A stretch of DNA of 64,000 nt from an uncultured delta proteobacterium (GTDB taxonomy: Bacteria > Myxococcota_A > Polyangia > Polyangiales > Polyangiaceae): contig CAWAIF010000002.1 of the NCBI GenBank assembly GCA_963782055.1, positions 480,001 to 544,000 of the forward strand, in the 5' to 3' direction. The notes below the pieces were generated by a model. That model was not told the origin of the DNA. It worked only from the letters and a program-made list of their open reading frames with translations, and did no database searches. Every line of letters starts with the position of its first letter. The first letter of the stretch is position 1. Made by a program: the position numbers and the translations under genes. Shown piece after piece: positions 40,413-49,037 of this stretch.

Positions 40413-41159
40413 ATGAGGGCCGTCGCCGAGAGCTGCGGCTGCTTTCCCACCGGCCGCCACTACGCCGGCATCGCGCACCTGCTCCGCACCGTCGTGCGCG
40501 GCCTGGCGGAGGAGCTCTCCGCCGACGCCCCGTGGCAGGAGCTGGAGGTCGCCCTGCTGGACGTGGAGACCACCGGCCGCGACGCATCCATCGATCGCGT
40601 CGTGGAGGTCGGCATCGTCGTCGGCCTGCGCGGCGAGGTGGTCGCCCGCTACAACTGGCTCGTCAACCCGGGCGTGCCCATCCCCCAGCAGGCGAAGGAC
40701 ATCCACGGCATCGGCGACGACGACGTCAAGGACGCCCCACGCTTCGAGCAGGTGGCCGGGGAGATCGCCGCCGCGCTGGCAGGCCGCCTCCCCGCCGCCT
40801 ACAACGCCGCCTTCGACAAGACCTTCCTCCTCGGGGAGTTCGCCCGCGCCTCCCTCTCGCTGGAGGGCGCGCCGCCGCCCGCGCTGCGCCGCGACGTGGA
40901 GTGGGTGGACCCGCTGGTCTGGGCCCGCGAGATCCAGTCGTCCGAGCGCTCGCGCGCCCTGGGGGACGTGGCGGCGCGTCTGGGCATCGAGCTGGACCAC
41001 GCCCACCGCGCCGAGGCCGACGCCGAGGCCGCCCTCCGCGTGCTCTACGCCCTCGCCGGCGATGGCCGGGTGCCCCGGCCGTACGGAGCGCTCGTTCAGG
41101 AGCAGAGACGCCTCGGCTTCCTCCAGGCGGACGAGCGCCGGCGCTGGCAAAAGGGCTGA
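40413..41159 (+). CDS. DEDDh 3'-5' exonuclease (DNA pol III epsilon-like)
   Basis: LDVETTG, AYNAAFD and AHRAEADA motifs. Confidence 0.9.
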   Translation: MRAVAESCGCFPTGRHYAGIAHLLRTVVRGLAEELSADAPWQELEVALLDVETTGRDASIDRVVEVGIVVGLRGEVVARYNWLVNPGVPIPQQAKDIHGIGDDDVKDAPRFEQVAGEIAAALAGRLPAAYNAAFDKTFLLGEFARASLSLEGAPPPALRRDVEWVDPLVWAREIQSSERSRALGDVAARLGIELDHAHRAEADAEAALRVLYALAGDGRVPRPYGALVQEQRRLGFLQADERRRWQKG

Positions 41160-41329
41160 AGGCGCCCTACAAGTGCTGTGACGCGGCGCGTGTACCCTGG
41201 CCGCGCTTCGCGTATCATCCGGTCGCTCGTCGGGGGGCCCGCGTTCGCGCGGGAGGCCGCCCGGGACGAAGCAATCACGACCCAAGGGCGGCGTGCGCGA
41301 CAAGTCGAAGCCCGAAACTGGAGGACCAC

Positions 41330-42622
41330 GTGAGCGAGAAGGCCGAGATCAAAATCAGCGACACCGTGAAGGTAGAGGCGCCCATCGTCGTCGGGACCGA
41401 GGGCGAGAAGGGCATCGACATCGGCCAGCTCCGCGCCCAGACCGGCGGCATCGTGACGCTCGACCCGGCGTTCATGAACACCGCGTCCACCAAGAGCGCC
41501 ATCACCTTCATCGACGGCAACAAGGGCATCCTGCGTTACCGCGGCATCCCCATCGAGCAGCTCGCCGAGCAGTCCACCTTCGTCGAGACGGCGTACCTCC
41601 TCATCAACGGCCACCTGCCGAACAAGGGCGAGCTCGCGCACTTCTCCGACCTGCTCACCCGCCACTCCCTCATCCACGAGGATATGAAGCGCTTCTTCGA
41701 GGGCTTCCCCACGACCTCGCACCCGATGGCGGTGCTCTCGTCGATGGTGCTCGCGCTCTCCAGCTTCTACCCGGAGGCGATCGACGTGAGCAACCACGAG
41801 GTCATCGACATGACCATCGCGCGGCTGCTCGCCAAGGTGCGCACCATCGCGGCGTTCGCCTACAAGAAGTCCATCGGCCAGCCGATGGTCTACCCGAAGA
41901 ACTCGCTCTCCTACTGCGCGAACTTCCTCAACATGATGTTCAGCGTGCCGGCGGAGCCGTACGAGGTGGACGAGGAGCTGGTGAAGGTGATGAACCTCCT
42001 GCTCATCCTCCACGCCGACCACGAGCAGAACTGCTCCACGTCGACGGTGCGCCTCGTCGGCAGCTCGCGCGCCAACCTGTTCGCCTCCATCTCGGCCGGC
42101 ATCTGCGCCCTCTGGGGCCCGCTCCACGGCGGCGCCAACCAGGAGGTCATCGGCATGCTGGAGATGATCCAGAAGGACGGCGGCGACGTGAAGAAGTACG
42201 TCGCCAAGGCGAAGGACAAGAACTCCGACTTCCGCCTGATGGGCTTCGGCCACCGCGTCTACAAGAACTTCGACCCGCGCGCGAAGATCATCAAGACCGC
42301 GGCGGACAAGGTCCTCTCCAAGCTGGGCGTGAAGGACCCGCTGCTCGACGTGGCCAAGGGCCTGGAGGAGGCGGCGCTGGCGGACAGCTACTTCGTCGAG
42401 CGCAAGCTCTACCCGAACGTCGACTTCTACTCCGGCATCATCTACCGGGCGATGGGCTTCCCCACCGACATGTTCACCGTCCTGTTCGCCCTCGGCCGCC
42501 TGCCCGGGTGGATCGCGCACTGGAAGGAGATGATGGAGGAGCCGTCGACCAAGATCGGCCGCCCCCGGCAGATCTACGTGGGGCCGGCGCTGCAGAACTA
42601 CGTGCCGATCGAGAAGCGGTAG
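41330..42622 (+). CDS. gltA: Citrate synthase (type II)
   Basis: LHADHEQNCST, WGPLHGGAN, GFGHRVYK and YPNVDFYSG motifs; GGAGG RBS before GTG. Confidence 0.97.
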   Translation: MSEKAEIKISDTVKVEAPIVVGTEGEKGIDIGQLRAQTGGIVTLDPAFMNTASTKSAITFIDGNKGILRYRGIPIEQLAEQSTFVETAYLLINGHLPNKGELAHFSDLLTRHSLIHEDMKRFFEGFPTTSHPMAVLSSMVLALSSFYPEAIDVSNHEVIDMTIARLLAKVRTIAAFAYKKSIGQPMVYPKNSLSYCANFLNMMFSVPAEPYEVDEELVKVMNLLLILHADHEQNCSTSTVRLVGSSRANLFASISAGICALWGPLHGGANQEVIGMLEMIQKDGGDVKKYVAKAKDKNSDFRLMGFGHRVYKNFDPRAKIIKTAADKVLSKLGVKDPLLDVAKGLEEAALADSYFVERKLYPNVDFYSGIIYRAMGFPTDMFTVLFALGRLPGWIAHWKEMMEEPSTKIGRPRQIYVGPALQNYVPIEKR

Positions 42623-42674
42623 CCTCACCCCCCCCGGCCCCCCTCTCCCTATGAGGGAGAGGGGGGAGAAGAGA
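42623..42674. repeat. REP-like palindrome, copy 2, directly after the gltA stop
   Basis: cctcacccc...cccctctccc-tatga-gggagagggg..agaagagag. Confidence 0.6.
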
Positions 42675-42706
42675 GCGCGGTCGGGCGGGCGTGCTACCCT
42701 CGATCG

Positions 42707-43570
42707 ATGCTGCCGGAGCGCGAGGCCAGGTTCTGGGCTGGCGTGACGCGCGCCTCGGACTTCTTCATGGGAACCGCCGACGTCCAGAAGGCGCTGGTGA
42801 AGCTGGCGCGAACCCTCGAGGACCTGCACATCCCCTACGCCATCGCGGGTGCCATGGCGCTGAACGAGCTCGGCTACGAGCGCGTGACCTCGGACGTCGA
42901 CGTGCTGCTCACCAGAGAAGGGCTCGCACGCCTGAAGGCGGCCGTGCTCGGCCGTGGCTACGTCGAGAAGTTTCCGAACAGCAAGGGCCTTCGCGACACC
43001 GAGCACAACGTACCGATCGACGTCCTCGTCGCCGGCGAATTCCCCGGAGACGGCAAACCCAAGCCGATCGCCTTCCCGGACCCGGGGACACTCCCGCACG
43101 GAGAGACCATCTCCATTCTTCCGGTGGAGAAGCTGATCGAGCTGAAGCTCGCGTCCGGGATGACGGCGCCGCATCGGTTGAAGGATCTCGCCGACGTGCA
43201 GGAGCTCATCAAGCACGCCGGGCTGCCGCGTGACCTGAGCCTCCACCCCTGGGTCCGCGCGAAGTACGTGGAGCTGTGGGACGCCGCGCAGGTCCACGAT
43301 CCGGAGGAGTGGAATCGCTCACGGGCATCGACCAGCTCGGCCTTCTGGACGCGCTCTTCGACCAGCTCATCGTGGTCCCCGAGGTTTGGGGCGCTCAGCC
43401 GAGCGCGGGGCGCAGGACGTCCTCGAGCGGGACGGTGCCGCGCAGCGAGCGGTGGGTGCCCTCGAAGTGCGCCGTACCGCCGGCGAAGGCCTCGGTCATC
43501 TCGCGGAAGAGCTTCGCCATGTCCTCCGACATGCCCGCTCCCCGCAGCGCCGGCACCAGCGCGTCGATAG
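42707..43570 (+). CDS. Nucleotidyltransferase-family protein (AbiEii/DUF6036-like); the natural C-terminus probably lies near 43310
   Basis: YAIAGAMAL..GYERVTSDVDVL, LIELKL and RLKDLADV motifs; the last ~85 aa are low-quality read-through overlapping the nmrA end. Confidence 0.7.
   Translation: MLPEREARFWAGVTRASDFFMGTADVQKALVKLARTLEDLHIPYAIAGAMALNELGYERVTSDVDVLLTREGLARLKAAVLGRGYVEKFPNSKGLRDTEHNVPIDVLVAGEFPGDGKPKPIAFPDPGTLPHGETISILPVEKLIELKLASGMTAPHRLKDLADVQELIKHAGLPRDLSLHPWVRAKYVELWDAAQVHDPEEWNRSRASTSSAFWTRSSTSSSWSPRFGALSRARGAGRPRAGRCRAASGGCPRSAPYRRRRPRSSRGRASPCPPTCPLPAAPAPARR
43305..43392 (+). pseudogene. Fragment resembling the N-terminus of a PIN-domain (DUF3368-like) protein
   Basis: An alternative frame reads SLTGIDQLGLLDALFDQLIVVPEVWG. 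Confidence 0.4.
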
Positions 43571-44264
43571 GAAGGGGCGTGGCCTTCACCGTCTTGCCGA
43601 GGATCCTGGAAGCCTCGGCCGCGGCGTCGGCGTAGCTGTACTCCTTCGGACCGGAGAGCTCGATGATGGACGTCGACGACGGCGGCGCCAGCAGCGCCTC
43701 GGCGGAGACGCGTCCGATGTCCTTCGTCGCGACCATCGGGAAGGGGTACGTCCCGTCGCTGCCGAAGACCGGCAACACGCCGTCGGCCTTCATCGGATGG
43801 GCGTACGCGAGCAGGTTCTCCATGAAGTACGCCGCGCGCACGAAGGTGAAGGCCGTCTTGGGCGCCGCCTCGGGCAGCGCGGTCTCGGCGTGGTGCGTGA
43901 TGACGATGGGCCCGGTGCCCGACGGGACCTGCGCGGCCGTCGAGGAGAGGAAGACGGCGTGCGCGACGCCGCTCCCGGCGAGGGCGCCCGCGAAGTGGTC
44001 GATGATGCGCCGGCCGCGCGCGACGACCTCGTCCGACTGCAGCGCGGGGGGCACCAGCAGGTACGCGCCCTCCGCCCCGGCGAGCGCCTTTGACACGCTC
44101 GCGGCGTCCAGGACGTCGCCGGTGACCACCTCGGCGCCGCGCTCGGCGAGCCCGGCGACCCTCGAGGCGTCGCGGGCGACGACGCGGACCTTCTTGCCCC
44201 GATCGAGGAGCGTGGCGGCGACGACCGAACCCGTGTTTCCCGAAGCTCCGAAGATGACGAACAT
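43395..44264 (-). CDS. NmrA-family NAD(P)-binding protein
   Basis: GASGNTG, VFLSS, FMEN and DIG motifs. Confidence 0.9.
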   Translation of the reverse strand: MFVIFGASGNTGSVVAATLLDRGKKVRVVARDASRVAGLAERGAEVVTGDVLDAASVSKALAGAEGAYLLVPPALQSDEVVARGRRIIDHFAGALAGSGVAHAVFLSSTAAQVPSGTGPIVITHHAETALPEAAPKTAFTFVRAAYFMENLLAYAHPMKADGVLPVFGSDGTYPFPMVATKDIGRVSAEALLAPPSSTSIIELSGPKEYSYADAAAEASRILGKTVKATPLPIDALVPALRGAGMSEDMAKLFREMTEAFAGGTAHFEGTHRSLRGTVPLEDVLRPALG

Positions 44265-44359
44265 GAGCGCCTCCGTGGGTGCGTGGTTGGAACGCGGGAC
44301 AACGTGCGGCCGGCTCGATCATCCGTCCAATGCATGTAAGATATGTCCAACATGCGCGT

Positions 44360-45256
44360 GTGCATGACATCGACCTCGCGTCGCTCCGCCTCTTCGACGT
44401 GCTCTACCGCGAGCGCAACGTCACGCGCGCCGCCCGCGCGGCGGGCCTGAGCCAGCCGGCGACGAGCCGCGCGCTGCAGCGCATGCGCGTGCAGCTCGGC
44501 GACGAGCTCTTCGTCCGGACGCCGCGCGCCATGCTCCCCACGCCGCGCGCCGACGAGCTCGCCCCGGAGGTGCGCGAGGTCATCGAGCGCGTGGACGCGC
44601 TGCGCCGGCCGAAGGCGCCCGACCCGAAGACCCTGGTGCGCGACTTCGTCATCGGCGCGACCGACATGCCCGACTCGGACCTCCTGCCCCGCCTCGCTCA
44701 CGCGCTCGCCGGCGCGCCGGGCGTCAGCGTCGCGACGCGTCCCCTCGGGCGCGACACGGGGGACCAGCTCGCGCGCGGGCGCCTGGATCTCCTGGTGGGC
44801 CTGCGCCACGGCATGCCCGCCGAGGCCATCGCGCAGCACCTCTTCGACGAGGGGTTCCTCTGCGCGGTGCGCCGGGATCACCCGCGCGTGCGGCGCAAGC
44901 TCGGGCTCGCGACCTACGTCGAGCTCGCGCACCTGCTCATCGCGCCGCGAGGCGATCCGGGCAGCACCGTCGACGACGCGCTCGCCGCGAGGGGCCTGCG
45001 CCGGCGCATCGCGCTGCGGGTGCACACCTTCCACTCGGCGGCGCTCATCGTCGCGCGCAGCGACCTCGTGCTCACCGCCCCGCGCCGTCTGCTCGAGCCG
45101 GTGGCCGAGGCGTTCGGCCTGCGTCTCCTGCCGACCCCCGTGCCCCTCCGGCCGTTCTCCGTCTTCCAGGCGTGGCACCCGCGCGTCCACAACGACCCCG
45201 TGCACGCCTGGTTCCGCGGCGTCGTCGCCGTCGCCGCGCGCGCGTCGTCACGCTGA
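44360..45256 (+). CDS. LysR-family regulator, divergent from nmrA
   Basis: DLASLRLF...NVTRAA...SQPATSRAL.RMR...D.LFVR. Confidence 0.93.
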   Translation: MHDIDLASLRLFDVLYRERNVTRAARAAGLSQPATSRALQRMRVQLGDELFVRTPRAMLPTPRADELAPEVREVIERVDALRRPKAPDPKTLVRDFVIGATDMPDSDLLPRLAHALAGAPGVSVATRPLGRDTGDQLARGRLDLLVGLRHGMPAEAIAQHLFDEGFLCAVRRDHPRVRRKLGLATYVELAHLLIAPRGDPGSTVDDALAARGLRRRIALRVHTFHSAALIVARSDLVLTAPRRLLEPVAEAFGLRLLPTPVPLRPFSVFQAWHPRVHNDPVHAWFRGVVAVAARASSR

Positions 45257-45299
45257 CGGCAGCCCTCTCCTCGCCGGGCCGTCACGGTCAGGGCAAGCG

Positions 45300-46113
45300 T
45301 GGAGGAGACAGGCTTGCAGGATCGGCCGCCGCGCTCGCGCCGTTCTTCGCCGTGCACGCCGCGCGCGCGGAGTACCGGACCGCCGGAGCGTCGACCAGGG
45401 AGCCTTTCTCGTGGGAGTGGGACAATCCGCGGACGGTCGGAGAGTGTCTCCAGGCCGCATGGAACATGACGGGTCGCTGGCAAGCGCGCAGATCCGTCAC
45501 CGTCACGCGGGCGCAGTTCGACCGCCGGGTCCTCGACGTCGTTCCCCGCCTCGCCCGGCGCCTCAACGCGCTCGGCGTCACCTGCCTGCGCGATCTCGCC
45601 CGTCTCGACGACCGGGGCTACCGCCGCCTCGCCCATGTTCTCCACGACGCCGTCGCGGACGTCTCCCGCATCCGCGCCACCCGGCGCGTCGAGCCCGTGC
45701 TCGGCACGAAGGTGCTCCACCACTACTTCCCGAGCATCGTCCCGGTCTTCGACACCGCCCTGATCCGCAAGGGCGTGATGCGCACCGCCCCGTTCCAGAA
45801 CTTCGTCGACCACGACCCCGAGGGCTGGCTCGCCTACGCGGACGCGGCCGACGCGGGCGGCCCCGCGCTGCTCCAGTTCCACCGCTACTTCGCCTTCGCC
45901 GCCGCGCAGATCGCGAGCGCCCCGGCGAGCGCGCTCTCGAAGGTGCGCCAGACCTTCGGCAAGGCGTTCTCCCGCCTCGCCCCGACGGTCGACGTTCTGC
46001 GTCGCGATGGCCTCGTCTGGAGGATGGACGCGAAGATCGCGGAGTACTGCCTGCTCGGCCAGGCGCAGCGCGAGGGACACTTCCGCAAGCGCCGCCCGTT
46101 TCGGAGTGGCTGA
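45300..46113 (+). CDS. Hypothetical protein with a DUF6308/HhH-like motif; start uncertain
   Basis: PVLGTKVLHHYFPSIVPVFDT resembles the 'SK.LH...P..(I/F)P..D' motif; ORF 45172-46113. Confidence 0.5.
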
Positions 46114-46179
46114 TCGCTCATCCCGCCCGCGAGGTACTCGTGCTTCGTCCCGCCCTTCGCCGGAAGAGCAGGGCCGATC

Positions 46180-46305
46180 ATGGCGTACCGTGAGCCGCAA
46201 CCTCCTCGTGGTGTGGGCGACGCGGTCGTGCTCGGCGACGGCGGGGAGATCGCCTGCCACGACGCCGCCACCGGCGCGCCGCGCTGGAGCGACGCCTTCC
46301 CGGCC
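46180..46305 (+). pseudogene. PQQ-like beta-propeller repeat fragment
   Basis: VVLGDGGEIACHDAATGAPRWSD. Confidence 0.4.
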
Positions 46306-46307
46306 CC

Positions 46308-46429
46308 ACGCCACCTTCGACTACACGACGAGCCCCGCTACACTCTGGGTGGTGTGGCGCTACAAACGGTTGCAGCGGGCGAACGACGGGACGCCGCAGA
46401 TCGCCACGCGCGGCGTCGTGGTGCAGTGA
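46308..46429 (+). pseudogene. Internally deleted remnant of the large lipoprotein gene A (49038-50648)
   Basis: 46308-46359 matches 49594-49645; 46371-46429 matches 50590-50648. Confidence 0.85.
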
Positions 46430-47118
46430 GATGGGGCGAGGGCGAGCCGCCGTCCTGACCGCGATGACCGTGGCGGCGGGGATCGCCGTCACGTGCGGCG
46501 GGCAGATCTTCGACGGCTACTTCGACCCGCAGGGCAACTACCACGACAAGGACGGCGCGGTGGTGTTCGGACCGGGGACGAGCTGCGAGGGCTACGACGC
46601 GTCGGCGCTCGCGTCGACGGCGGGGCAGTGGGAGAAGGGGTCGGTCTACCCGGACCTCGGGGCGTGTGACGCCGACGCCTATTGCAAGGCCGCGTTGCCC
46701 GCAGGCCTCACATTCCCCACACCCTTCTCCGCGACCAGCACCGACAAGTTCTACATCGTCGGGTGCGTACCCAACGGCTTCGCGGCTGACGCGGGTGGGA
46801 TTTGTTCCGCTGGCGCAGACTCACCACCGGCGTGCCCGGGGGAGAACGAGGACGGCAACCACTACTGCCAGACGTTCTACCAGCAGTTCGTCGCCGCTCC
46901 GGGTGCACGCGCGCTGGCTTCGTGCAAACGCTGCCGTGACCTCCAGCCGAAGCGCGCCGTGTGTGCGGGCGACTACATCTGCGTGCCGGACTGTTGCAAC
47001 GGTGCCGGATTCTGCGTGCAGCGCGGGAACGCGGCGGCGGGCTGCGAGTACCCCTGCAAGCCCTGAGGAGGAGAACATGAGGAAGCGAAGCTTGGTCGTG
47101 GTCGCCGGTGTCCTCCTC
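46371..47118 (+). repeat. ~750-bp direct duplication, copy 1 (copy 2 at 50590-51337)
   Basis: Collinear near-identical sequence at a constant offset of 4219 bp. Confidence 0.95.
46431..47066 (+). CDS. Cys-rich small exported protein/lipoprotein B, copy 1
   Basis: Signal ending IAVTC; many Cys; 6 aa differences from 50650-51285. Confidence 0.8.
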   Translation: MGRGRAAVLTAMTVAAGIAVTCGGQIFDGYFDPQGNYHDKDGAVVFGPGTSCEGYDASALASTAGQWEKGSVYPDLGACDADAYCKAALPAGLTFPTPFSATSTDKFYIVGCVPNGFAADAGGICSAGADSPPACPGENEDGNHYCQTFYQQFVAAPGARALASCKRCRDLQPKRAVCAGDYICVPDCCNGAGFCVQRGNAAAGCEYPCKP

Positions 47119-47182
47119 TCGGTGTTCATACACCGCCAACGACGGCGACGGGAACCCGGACATCATCGTCCGCGGCTACTGA
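47077..47182 (+). pseudogene. Internally deleted remnant of a C-type large lipoprotein gene (51296-53017)
   Basis: 47077-47118 matches 51296-51337; 47129-47179 encodes YTANDGDGNPDIIVRGY versus YTANDGTGVPDIITRGY at the end of C. Confidence 0.85.
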
Positions 47183-47291
47183 GCCGCCGCGCGCAACGGC
47201 GCACCACACCGACCGCGGAGCTATCGAGCGCCTTGGCTCACGGACGGATGGCGTCCGCGCAGGTCGGGGTGCCGTGCAAGTCGCATAGGCG

Positions 47292-48410
47292 TCACGGCCC
47301 ACCTCCGTCCCCTGCGCCCGCGTCGACGGCGCAGGGATCCGATGGCGGCGGGCGCGGACCGGCAACGCGCGTCGGATTGGCGATCTCCCGCGCGACGAAC
47401 CCGATGCCGAAGGAGACGGCGTCGCACGGCTCGCCCGGTGCGTTGGTGCCGTCGCTGAGCATGTCGGAGGCGAGCGCGATCCTCTTCGCGTATGCGTCCC
47501 ACGCGCTGCCGCACACGGACGGGGAGTAAAGGCCGACCATCGTCTTCAGAGCGCCGACCAGCTCGCTCGTCTTGATCACCCCCGCGAGGGTGCCGTTCCT
47601 CGCGTACGTGGGCGACGAGTGGTCGAAGGTGATCAACGCGTGGTGGATCGTGAGATCGACCGGTATCCCGGAGAAGAGCAGGCTGAGCGTGACGGTCATG
47701 CCGGGCGTCCCCGGCACGGTGTGGGCGCTCGCGAAGGTCCCACCGATGACGAAGCCGTCACTGAAGTGATCGAGCGACCCCGCATGGAGGTCGCTCGCGT
47801 CCACCAGCCGGTCGGGGAGGACGGCCCAGTCCGTCGTCGGGTCGAACGCCGGCCCGATGCCACCCTCCGCGTCGTAGGGACCCGCGGTGAAGAGATCGGC
47901 GGTCACTCCGAAGGAGGTCTGCCTGGGATCGCTCGACAGGCCGACGATCCGGAGCTGGAGGGTGAAGTCGCCCCTGAGCAGAAGGGTGTGCTCGATCAGC
48001 GGAGAGATCTCCTGCACGCCGAGCGCCTCCTCGAGGACCGGCAAGACGTTCTTGCCGAAGGCGTTGTCGACATCGGTGCTCGGATCGACGTTCGCGTCGG
48101 GCGGCGCGTCGGCGGGTGGCGTGCAGACGTCCGTCGAGGTCTTCGTGGTGTACTTGCCGTCCAGATCGTAGCCGTACGAGGCCCATCCTTCAGGGCTGAG
48201 CAGGCCGAAGCGCGATCGCTCTCCGAGAGAGACTTGCTGGATGGCGAACGTCATCGTGTCCGTGGTCGGCGGCGTCTCGTTTCCGGTGGGCACGCGGGCG
48301 TCCCACGTGCCGCCGTCCCCCCCGTCGTCTGGCTGTGTGCCGCACCCGATGCCCTGGCAGAGGACGCCCGACGCGAGCGCGATCAGCGTCCACGCCCACA
48401 CTCCTCTCAT
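47292..48410 (-). CDS. Hypothetical myxobacterial lipoprotein
   Basis: GIGC lipobox; W..YGYDLDG...DVC, VDNAFG and CDAVSFGIGF motifs. Confidence 0.75.
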   Translation of the reverse strand: MRGVWAWTLIALASGVLCQGIGCGTQPDDGGDGGTWDARVPTGNETPPTTDTMTFAIQQVSLGERSRFGLLSPEGWASYGYDLDGKYTTKTSTDVCTPPADAPPDANVDPSTDVDNAFGKNVLPVLEEALGVQEISPLIEHTLLLRGDFTLQLRIVGLSSDPRQTSFGVTADLFTAGPYDAEGGIGPAFDPTTDWAVLPDRLVDASDLHAGSLDHFSDGFVIGGTFASAHTVPGTPGMTVTLSLLFSGIPVDLTIHHALITFDHSSPTYARNGTLAGVIKTSELVGALKTMVGLYSPSVCGSAWDAYAKRIALASDMLSDGTNAPGEPCDAVSFGIGFVAREIANPTRVAGPRPPPSDPCAVDAGAGDGGGP

Positions 48411-48742
48411 GGAGAGCATGGGCACTCGTCGTTCTTGATCTCCGACAGCGGACAACACCCGAATCCCGGGGGAGCCTCCAATCCGCAGCCCTGACCCCAC
48501 ACGCAGCGCTGGCTCGCGGTGCACTTCTCCACATACCGGTAGCCGACGCCCCGACTGAGTGGGCCGTATTCCCGGTCGCAGTACTGTCCGGTGGAGGCGC
48601 CACCGCCGTCTGCCCCGACGCCGCCGGATCCCGCCGTGCCCGGGCTACCGCCGTCACCGCCCTCGAGCGGCGTCCGCCCGCCGCAAGCCGCAAGGACCAC
48701 GAGGGCCGCTTTGATCGCGGTGGATGAAACGGGGCCGCGCAT
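48407..48742 (-). CDS. Small Cys-rich lipoprotein
   Basis: LAACGGRTPL lipobox; Gly linker; 8 Cys in the mature domain; ATGA overlap with the next gene. Confidence 0.7.
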   Translation of the reverse strand: MRGPVSSTAIKAALVVLAACGGRTPLEGGDGGSPGTAGSGGVGADGGGASTGQYCDREYGPLSRGVGYRYVEKCTASQRCVWGQGCGLEAPPGFGCCPLSEIKNDECPCSP

Positions 48743-49037
48743 GGCAGAGCTGATTGTGGGCCAAGCAGCCCTGGGACGCCAGCTTCAAAGCCGCTACTTC
48801 GCGCGTCCGCACACATGCGGGCACACCCGAGCACGGTCTCCCACGAATCGACCGCGCCACATCGAACAAGCGCGAGTGGACTCTTGCGTTGCCGTGGCGC
48901 CACGCTCAGAGTGGGCTCTCCACCGAGGAGGGGCGGGCATGGCACTCGCAGGGCAGGGCAGGGCAGGCAGTAGTCTTCTCGACGCTCCTCGTCCGCATCT
49001 ACGCGGCCGCGCGTAGCAGCGGCTCGGAGGGCGCGTC

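Noticed and set aside
48948..48970. (GCAGG)n short repeat upstream of gene A
   Set aside because: Only about 4 units in GC-rich DNA; too short to support a function.
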